IMG/VR virus record: IMGVR_UViG_3300035425_000025
Span: 1-64,000 of that record
Length of the DNA: 64,000 nucleotides
DNA from: a virus
Taxonomy: Duplodnaviria; Caudoviricetes
Reading direction: 5' to 3' (one strand)
Shown: piece after piece, positions 57,612 to 64,000 of the stretch
Position numbering within the stretch: the first letter of the stretch is position 1
Layout of the letters: every line of letters starts with the position of its first letter
Notes under the pieces: generated by a model
The model's database searches: none
Seen by the model: the letters and a program-made list of their open reading frames with translations, nothing else
Told to the model about the DNA's origin: nothing
Position numbers and translations under genes: made by a program

Positions 57612-57695
57612 AAAATCACCTCTTGACAAAAGTATTCTGATAGAATACAATAAATATGTATTCAAACGGAATACATAACTGGAAAGGAGATAATT

Positions 57696-57911
57696 ATGAC
57701 CCAGCTAAAACAAATCCGTTTGAAGAATAAATGGACTCAACAGTATGTGGCTGATAGAATTGGAATTACAAAGTCAGCATATTCAAACATTGAAAATCAA
57801 AATAGGAATCCATCATTAAAAGTAGCCTTACAATTACAAAAATTGTTTGGTTTATCAATTGAAAAACTAATGGAAAATGAGAATAGCAACTCTTCACCGA
57901 CCAAAGTTTAG
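57696..57911 (+). CDS. XRE-family Cro-like regulator
   Basis: WTQQYVAD.IGITKSAYSNIEN..R.PSL; divergent from the repressor. Confidence 0.9.
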   Translation: MTQLKQIRLKNKWTQQYVADRIGITKSAYSNIENQNRNPSLKVALQLQKLFGLSIEKLMENENSNSSPTKV

Positions 57912-57986
57912 AAGTTGCCATTCGCCAAATGATTTGAACTAAGTCCTAATCTTTTTTATTTTATCGTACTTTCTGGACTATTTCAA
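57875..57986 (-). ncRNA. Candidate antisense sRNA plus its promoter
   Basis: TTGAAA(57986)-17-TAAAAT; hairpin 57881-57923. Confidence 0.5.
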
Positions 57987-58125
57987 GTCGAATTTTCAAA
58001 AATCGTACCTTGATAATTTAATATTGAGTATCGCAAGTATAATTTTAGAAAAAATGTGAAAAGTTTTGTAGAAATAGTTAGTGGAACTATTGATCAAAAC
58101 TTATTTACAGAAAGGAAATGATAGA

Positions 58126-59091
58126 ATGAGAATTAAAGAGAAACAAAACGAAAACATTATTGCTGATAGGAGTATTAGAGATAAGTGTGCAGAGCATTAT
58201 GAGGTATTAGAAAAAGTCAAAGAGTTGTTACTTATTTCAGGAACAGATTTTGCAGTAATTGCACAGGTTGCAGATTATTATGGAACTGGCTTAGAGGCAA
58301 TAGCTTCATTGGTAAAAGATAATCGAGAAGAACTTTTGGAAGATGGATTGGTTAATGCTTCTGGGCAAGAAACGAAAGAAATTTTAGCAAAGTCCTCAAA
58401 GAACTTTGCTAATGAGAGAGGCTATTTTGTATGTGATGGAATTAAATTTAATCATAGAAATAACTTATTATTTCCTCGTAGAGCGATTTTACGTGTAGGA
58501 ATGTTGCTTAGAGATTCTGAAGTTGCAAAGGAAGTTCGGACACAGTTACTAAATATAGAAGAAAAAGCTTCTGATGAAACTAAGACACAAGATATTGACG
58601 AAGAACAGAGTCTTATGTTATCGGTAGGAATGGCAGTTGCAAGTGGTGACGCAACGGCAGTAGCAGTGGCTTCTGCAAAGTTGGTAGAATTTAAAAATCG
58701 CCACATCCAGAAATTAGAAAATGATAACAAAGCTCTTGCTGAAGGAATTCTTGAATGGAAAGACAGGAATAAACTTAACGCTGGTATCAGGAAGCTTGCT
58801 GCTGTGACAGGAATTCATTTTAGCAAGATGTGGAATGAATTATATAAGAATCTTCAGTATAAGTATGGGATCTGTGTAAAGCAGAGAGGAGGTACTCCAT
58901 ATATACAGTGGATTGACGAGTCTGAGTGGGCTGATGTAATGAAAACATTTTGTGCTATGTGTGAAGCATATGAACAGTCGCCAACAGAGATGTTACAACA
59001 GAGTACACCATTACAAAATTTAAAGCAAAATGATAAGCTAAAGGGTATGGCAGCTTTGAATGATTTAAAAGCAAGGCGGATAAGTGTTTAA
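58126..59091 (+). CDS. Antirepressor-like protein
   Basis: AAAGGA RBS; QVADYY, FPRRAILRVGMLLRDSEVAKEVRTQLL; position after cro. Confidence 0.6.
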   Translation: MRIKEKQNENIIADRSIRDKCAEHYEVLEKVKELLLISGTDFAVIAQVADYYGTGLEAIASLVKDNREELLEDGLVNASGQETKEILAKSSKNFANERGYFVCDGIKFNHRNNLLFPRRAILRVGMLLRDSEVAKEVRTQLLNIEEKASDETKTQDIDEEQSLMLSVGMAVASGDATAVAVASAKLVEFKNRHIQKLENDNKALAEGILEWKDRNKLNAGIRKLAAVTGIHFSKMWNELYKNLQYKYGICVKQRGGTPYIQWIDESEWADVMKTFCAMCEAYEQSPTEMLQQSTPLQNLKQNDKLKGMAALNDLKARRISV

Positions 59092-59099
59092 AATTACAT

Positions 59100-59131
59100 A
59101 TGGTCAGTATGTATAAAAGCATACTGACCAA
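59100..59131. terminator. Strong hairpin terminator
   Basis: TGGTCAGTATG/CATACTGACCA. Confidence 0.75.
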
Positions 59132-59135
59132 TATA

Positions 59136-59308
59136 GAAACCATAATTTTATCTTTGATATTAGCCAGTTTAGCATAGAAAAATCCTTATTTCTATACTAA
59201 AAATATGGAAGCAATGGATAAAACTGTAATATGATCAACCATCTAAAAGCACAAAAGTGTATAAAATAGGTATTTCTGCACATGAAGACAAGATAAAATT
59301 ATGGTTTC
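59136..59308. repeat. 173-bp segment bounded by perfect 19-bp inverted repeats
   Basis: GAAACCATAATTTTATCTT (59136-59154) and AAGATAAAATTATGGTTTC (59290-59308); each carries an AAA-N6-TTT site. Confidence 0.85.
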
Positions 59309-59346
59309 ATTTTACCAGTACTGTTTATTGTACAGTAAAAACTGTA

Positions 59347-59568
59347 TTATTTAGAAGTAGTATCACTTTTATTTATTTCAATTTTAAGATCAAGAGCATT
59401 GCATATATCAACTAGAGTATTACAGTTGGGGTTTCCATTATTAAAATATTGGCTAACAGATTGTTGTGATTTATGAATACGAACAGCTAAATCTTTAACT
59501 TGAATATCATCTATATCCATATATTTTTTGATTTCTGCTAATATTTCTTTTGAAGTTTGATGCAGCAT
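59347..59568 (-). CDS. XRE-family HTH regulator
   Basis: DLAVRIHKSQQSVSQYF.NGNP..NTL.DIC.ALD. Confidence 0.85.
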   Translation of the reverse strand: MLHQTSKEILAEIKKYMDIDDIQVKDLAVRIHKSQQSVSQYFNNGNPNCNTLVDICNALDLKIEINKSDTTSK

Positions 59569-59748
59569 ATGTCACCTCTTGATTAATGTTTGAGATGATT
59601 ATACAATATAAACAATGATTATACAATATTTTTGTTGAAAATTATATAAATATATATATTGTAATTACAATATATATATTGTATAATATGAAGTATCAAA
59701 GGCAAAAATGTAAGATTTTACATAACTCAGAGGGAAGGAGGATGCGAT

Positions 59749-60099
59749 ATGGAAGTTAAACGATATGATATAGTACAAGCTGACTTGAGTGGAAGTATTG
59801 GGTCAGAACAGGGTGGTATACGCCCAGTACTTGTCATTCAAAATGATATTGGCAATTTACATAGTTCAACAACTATTGTAATGCCGTTTTCCACAAAAAT
59901 ATTTAAAAATCCTAATCAGCCAACGCATACTCTTATAAAGAAAAGTGATAAGACTGGCTTAAAAATGGATTCGATATTACTTGGAGAACAAATGCGTGTT
60001 ATTAGTAATGAACGTATTAAGAAAAAAATTGGATCGGTGACAGATGTAAAAGAACAAAATGAAATTCGCAGAGTATATGCGGCTAATTTCGGAGAATAA
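59749..60099 (+). CDS. mazF: PemK/MazF-family endoribonuclease
   Basis: RYDIV.ADL...GSEQGGIRPVLVIQNDIGN.HS.TTIV, EQ.R.IS.ER. Confidence 0.9.
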   Translation: MEVKRYDIVQADLSGSIGSEQGGIRPVLVIQNDIGNLHSSTTIVMPFSTKIFKNPNQPTHTLIKKSDKTGLKMDSILLGEQMRVISNERIKKKIGSVTDVKEQNEIRRVYAANFGE

Positions 60100-60119
60100 T
60101 ATAAAGGAGATTACTTTTT

Positions 60120-60395
60120 ATGCGATATATTGAGATGTCCGTAGAAGAAGCAATAAAAAAATGTAAGAAAAATGCAAAGATTTTGGTTGCTATACAAGAT
60201 TTAGCAGATGAGAATGTAGATACTGTATTCGTCCAAAAAAAAGGGAGTGATTATAAGGAAGTTTTTGAAGATGTAAAAACTGTAGCTTCTTTATGTGATG
60301 ATTTTATTTCGCAACTTAAATTATTTACTGAGAAACAGGATATAAGACAGATTCGACCATATGGTATTCAAAGAACTGTATTGTTGAGAGAATAA
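60120..60395 (+). CDS. Hypothetical protein
   Basis: AAAGGAG RBS. Confidence 0.7.
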   Translation: MRYIEMSVEEAIKKCKKNAKILVAIQDLADENVDTVFVQKKGSDYKEVFEDVKTVASLCDDFISQLKLFTEKQDIRQIRPYGIQRTVLLRE

Positions 60396-60434
60396 AACTG
60401 GAATAAAATAGAACATGCGTTCCTGTTTTTCCTA

Positions 60435-60463
60435 TTGACAAATACAAACACATGTTCTATACT
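60435..60463 (+). promoter_or_regulatory. Sigma-A promoter upstream of the tRNA pair
   Basis: TTGACA-17-TATACT. Confidence 0.8.
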
Positions 60464-60678
60464 TATCATTGTCAGGAACAACTAAACAAAAAGACCCATC
60501 CTCAAACGGTGCTGCAACACCATCGGACAGGTCTTATGTATACATACAAATTCATTTTATGAATTTGATTGAGCAGAAACGCTCACTTGTATTATTACAT
60601 ATTTGAAACATTTTGGTCAAGTGGTAATTTCAAGCGATTCTGCACAGATTCAAAACTAGAATAATTTAATAAAGATAT

Positions 60679-60749
60679 AGGGGTATCGCCAAATGGTAAG
60701 GCATAGGATTTTGGTTCCTATATTGCAGGTTCGAATCCTGCTACCCTTG
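60679..60749 (+). tRNA. tRNA-Gln (anticodon UUG)
   Basis: AGGGGTA/TACCCTT acceptor, TAGGA-TTTTGGT-TCCTA arm, GCAGG-TTCGAAT-CCTGC. Confidence 0.9.
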
Positions 60750-60753
60750 CTGC

Positions 60754-60827
60754 GGATCATTAGTTCAGTTGGTTAGAGCAACTGGCTCATAACCAGTTGG
60801 TCATCTGTTCAAGTCAGATACGATCCA
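60754..60827 (+). tRNA. tRNA with CAU anticodon (Met or lysidine-type Ile2)
   Basis: ACTGG-CTCATAA-CCAGT arm, canonical D-arm, ATCTG-TTCAAGT-CAGAT. Confidence 0.85.
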
Positions 60828-60900
60828 TTAAATCAGTGTTTTAAGTACACTGTATTTTTTATACCCATTTTTAGGGAATTTTATAGGAAAGGAAGAAAAA

Positions 60901-61518
60901 ATGGACTATGTAATTAAAAATCATAAAGGGGTGTATATAAGGCTAAATCAAAATGGTGCCCCTGTTACATGTGCGGAACATGAAAAAACATTATTTGAGC
61001 AGTCAAAAGCAAAGAATATTTTTGATAGTTTGCCAAAAACATTGAAAAGATTAAATTTTAAGGTAGAACCTATTTTGGATGTTGGGCAAAATAAATTAAA
61101 TTCATCCGAGGATAGAAAAACAATAAAAAATGAAAATTACATAATTCCTGATCAAATCACACAATGGATTGAGAAATTTGGAATATGTGATGACATATTG
61201 AAAGAAGCGCAAAAGAGAAAAGAAGAACTGGTCAGATTATTATCTGATGCAGATAAAGAATTTAGTAATATGGTACATAAAGTTGAACTCGAAGAAAAAA
61301 TAGATATGTACGGTGCTTGGGAAGAGAGAAATAAGTGGAGAAAGAATAGAAGAAAGAGAAGAGAAATAAAAGATGAGTTACTAATTATTTCAAATGTATT
61401 GAAAATGGATTTTAGAAATCTTGATAGAAGTACCATTGATAAAGTTGTTAGAGGACTAGCAAAAAGAAAATTTACATATCGAGTAGTCGAAGAGGAGGAA
61501 ACAGAAAATGTTGTGTAA
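60901..61518 (+). CDS. Hypothetical coiled-coil protein
   Basis: 205 aa, AAAGGA RBS. Confidence 0.75.
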   Translation: MDYVIKNHKGVYIRLNQNGAPVTCAEHEKTLFEQSKAKNIFDSLPKTLKRLNFKVEPILDVGQNKLNSSEDRKTIKNENYIIPDQITQWIEKFGICDDILKEAQKRKEELVRLLSDADKEFSNMVHKVELEEKIDMYGAWEERNKWRKNRRKRREIKDELLIISNVLKMDFRNLDRSTIDKVVRGLAKRKFTYRVVEEEETENVV

Positions 61519-61690
61519 AAGATGTATGACTGTAATGGCAACTGGCACTACATATGAGCAAAGAAGAGATGGTAAATCTTCAGCAAGAAGGTTTCACGAA
61601 TGTAAAAGGTGTCATGATAAGGTTTATACAAAAGAACCAAATTTTCAGGAATGTATGAATAAGACATCAGATAGATGTAGAAATAAATAA
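61508..61690 (+). CDS. Small Zn-finger protein
   Basis: CKRC...CKRC. Confidence 0.7.
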   Translation: MLCKRCMTVMATGTTYEQRRDGKSSARRFHECKRCHDKVYTKEPNFQECMNKTSDRCRNK

Positions 61691-61717
61691 TACATAATTA
61701 TTGAGAGGTGTATCAAT

Positions 61718-62296
61718 ATGGATGAGATATTAATTACATATTATTCAAACAATGCAAAAAAACTTCATAAGATAGTTGATAGGATTTTATTAAAATTTGG
61801 CGGTTTATCAGACAAAGATTTGGATGATTTTTATTCATTGGCAAATGAAGTGTTTGTAGATGTAATGGCAAGATACGATGATTCCCAGTCATTTGATGCC
61901 TTTCTGTATTCATGCTTATTAAATAAGGTTAAGACAGAAATGACAAGAAGAAATTGTGAAAAACGTAAAGCAGATAGAATGTCGATTTCAATTGATGCAC
62001 CGATTGGTGATGATGAAAATTCTACTATAGGAGATATTATTGCATCTGATTTCTCTATTGAGAAAGAATTATTTGAAAAAGATAAAAGAGAAGAATGGAG
62101 TGAAGAGGCAAATAGGTATCTTGATAGTTTATCTCCTTTACAGAGGAAAATAGCTTTTCTCTTGTCGGATAACAATACTCCTAATGAAATATGTGAAGAA
62201 TTACATATTACACTAAAACATTTCGAAAATTCTATGAAAAGAATTTTGGCAGATGAGCGAATTAAGTCACTTAGACCATTAGTAGAAAGGATATAA
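61718..62296 (+). CDS. Phage sigma-70-family factor
   Basis: Region 2-like DDFYSLANEVF...F.AFLY; SISIDAPI; region 4-like LSPLQRKIA.LL....EICEELHI. Confidence 0.8.
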   Translation: MDEILITYYSNNAKKLHKIVDRILLKFGGLSDKDLDDFYSLANEVFVDVMARYDDSQSFDAFLYSCLLNKVKTEMTRRNCEKRKADRMSISIDAPIGDDENSTIGDIIASDFSIEKELFEKDKREEWSEEANRYLDSLSPLQRKIAFLLSDNNTPNEICEELHITLKHFENSMKRILADERIKSLRPLVERI

Positions 62297-62301
62297 GAAT
62301 C

Positions 62302-63753
62302 ATGAAATTATTAAGAGATAAAATTAAAAGAGATACATACATGGTATCTAAACTTTCTGGAATGATTAATAGGGGAGATTTAAGGGATAATCATCCTCAA
62401 CAAAGAAAATCAGGGCAGTGGGATAATAATACTCGTGATAATTTCATTGTTACGGTTATTAAAAATGAAGATTTTGATCCAATTAAGATATGTGAGCAAC
62501 TTACAGATCAAGGTGTTGTACTTTGGCTAATTGATGGTCTTCAGCGTTCTACTACTATTGCTAATTATAAAGCTGGGAAATTCGCTTTGGGGAGGAAAAT
62601 AGACCCATATATAATTGAATACCAAGAGGCAATAAAGGGAAAAGATGGAGAGATTGTATATCAAAATGTTTCTTACGATTTACGTGGAAAGGGATATAAA
62701 GAACTTCCAGATAAATTAAAAGAAGATTTTGATAACTGCCCTGTAGATATTGTAAAGCATTTGGATTGTACTGACGAAGAAGTTGGGCGACACATTGTCA
62801 GATATAATTCTGGAAGACCTATGGTCACGGCTCAAAAAATATCTGCTTATATGCATAATACGGCAAAATATGTAAAAGAGTTATCTGGGCACGCATTCTT
62901 TAATGATTGTGCAAATTATTCAGAAAATGCAGATAGAAATGGAACTGTGGATAAAGTTGTATCAGAGGCAATTATGGGATTGAATTTTTTTGATTCATGG
63001 AATAAGCAGGCACAAAAAATTGGAAAACATTTAAATGATAACGCAACAAAAGAAATGTTTGATAATTTTGGCTCTTACTTAGACAGGCTGCTTAATGTAA
63101 TAACTCCTCAAACGGGGAAATTGTTCTCAACTAAAAATGCACTTATTTGGTTTATGCTCTTTGAAAGATTTAGTAAAAGAGAATTGAAAGATAATGTCTT
63201 CCAGATGTTTTTAGAGAATTATGAAGAATTTAAAAGAATAAAAGTAAAAATTGACCGTGAATATGAATTAGTAAAAGGGAGTGGGGAATACACAAATAAT
63301 CTTTCCTTTGCAGAACTTGATGGATGTAAATCTACAAAAGATAAAGGGATAATCGAGGATAAATTACATATTTTAGAAGTTGTTATGGACGATTTTATAC
63401 AAAATAATTGTATCAGTGAAGAAGGTGATATAGAAAATCAAACAATTACGGCAAAAGATATTATTAAAGAATATGTGAATGGCAATGTGGATGATGATGA
63501 AATTGAGTTATATGAAATGATGACAGATGACTTTTCGGAAGTCATAGAAGACATTAATTCTGATTTTTTATCTGATGTAAATAGACCATCATTTGTTGCA
63601 CTGGTTGGATATGCTGATCAATTAGGGAAGAGTGAATTATTAAATGAGTGGCTACCTAAGTTTGAAAAAGATCAGAATTTAATTATGAATCAAAAACGTA
63701 ATTTTATACATATGAAAAAGGATTTTGAGCAGTATCTTAAAAAATGTGCATAG
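62302..63753 (+). CDS. DUF262/ParB-fold protein
   Basis: HPQQRKSGQW, LIDGLQRSTT, RYNSG.PM. Confidence 0.7.
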   Translation: MKLLRDKIKRDTYMVSKLSGMINRGDLRDNHPQQRKSGQWDNNTRDNFIVTVIKNEDFDPIKICEQLTDQGVVLWLIDGLQRSTTIANYKAGKFALGRKIDPYIIEYQEAIKGKDGEIVYQNVSYDLRGKGYKELPDKLKEDFDNCPVDIVKHLDCTDEEVGRHIVRYNSGRPMVTAQKISAYMHNTAKYVKELSGHAFFNDCANYSENADRNGTVDKVVSEAIMGLNFFDSWNKQAQKIGKHLNDNATKEMFDNFGSYLDRLLNVITPQTGKLFSTKNALIWFMLFERFSKRELKDNVFQMFLENYEEFKRIKVKIDREYELVKGSGEYTNNLSFAELDGCKSTKDKGIIEDKLHILEVVMDDFIQNNCISEEGDIENQTITAKDIIKEYVNGNVDDDEIELYEMMTDDFSEVIEDINSDFLSDVNRPSFVALVGYADQLGKSELLNEWLPKFEKDQNLIMNQKRNFIHMKKDFEQYLKKCA

Positions 63754-63767
63754 AGGAGGATGGGTAA

Positions 63768-63899
63768 ATGGCGGTTATTATTAATTTCCAGAAATATGTT
63801 AATTCAAGAAAAAAGAAAGGTGAAGATGTAAAAGTAAACAAAACTTCAAAAGAAATGTGTGAAATTATTTATTTTAACAAGGAGGATGTTAGTTTATGA
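63768..63899 (+). CDS. 43-aa hypothetical protein
   Basis: GAGGAGG RBS; MAVIINFQKY... Confidence 0.55.
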   Translation: MAVIINFQKYVNSRKKKGEDVKVNKTSKEMCEIIYFNKEDVSL

Positions 63900-64000
63900 G
63901 ATACATAAGTGATGATGGTAAGGTTTTTAACACAGAGCAGGAATGCTGTGAATATGAACGGGGAATTGAAGTAGAAAAAGTAAAAAGAGAAAAGTTAGAA
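63896..64000 (+). CDS. Hypothetical protein, truncated by the window edge
   Basis: AAGGAGG RBS; MRYISDDGKVFNTEQECCEYE... Confidence 0.6.
   Translation, partial: MRYISDDGKVFNTEQECCEYERGIEVEKVKREKLE

Noticed and set aside
1-64000. CRISPR array, rRNA, IS transposase, reverse transcriptase/DGR, genome-wide stop-codon recoding
   Set aside because: No regularly spaced direct repeats, rRNA signatures, DDE or YxDD motifs were seen; all three stop codons end genes normally

Overview
A 64-kb slice of a large, AT-rich temperate phage or prophage with SPbeta-like gene order, from a low-GC Firmicute (Clostridia/Lachnospiraceae-like host is my inference). Left part (1-27.7 kb, minus strand): head and packaging genes (YonD-like scaffold, portal, large terminase), five tRNA or tRNA-like genes, a tyrosine recombinase, two free-standing endonuclease-like genes, HU proteins, a YonJ-like phosphoesterase and a YonO-like single-subunit RNA polymerase. 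A strand and skew switch at about 28.2 kb is followed by a plus-strand early/accessory region of about 70 small genes (ArdA, DarA_C-like, TA pairs, Fic, FRG, AbiH, DUF262/ParB-fold proteins, a second tyrosine recombinase), then an XRE switch, antirepressor, MazF, two more tRNAs and a sigma factor. The strongest unexplained signals are non-coding. (1) More than 20 copies of a 16-bp palindrome, TRAAA-N6-TTTYA, sit at gene boundaries and delimit one- to few-gene units. One perfect copy lies 7 bp past a tyrosine recombinase gene, and one inverted pair shares the same spacer, which suggests an integron-like gene-cassette system in a phage. (2) A hammerhead and a twister ribozyme lie in the early operon, the twister directly upstream of ardA. 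(3) Two large hairpin-dense non-coding regions (about 1 kb and about 0.4 kb) look like ornate ncRNAs. (4) There is an unannotated Fst/Ldr-like type I toxin-antitoxin module and a rare tRNA-Ile(UAU). All protein family calls come from motif recognition by eye, and all RNA folds were paired by hand; no database searches were run.
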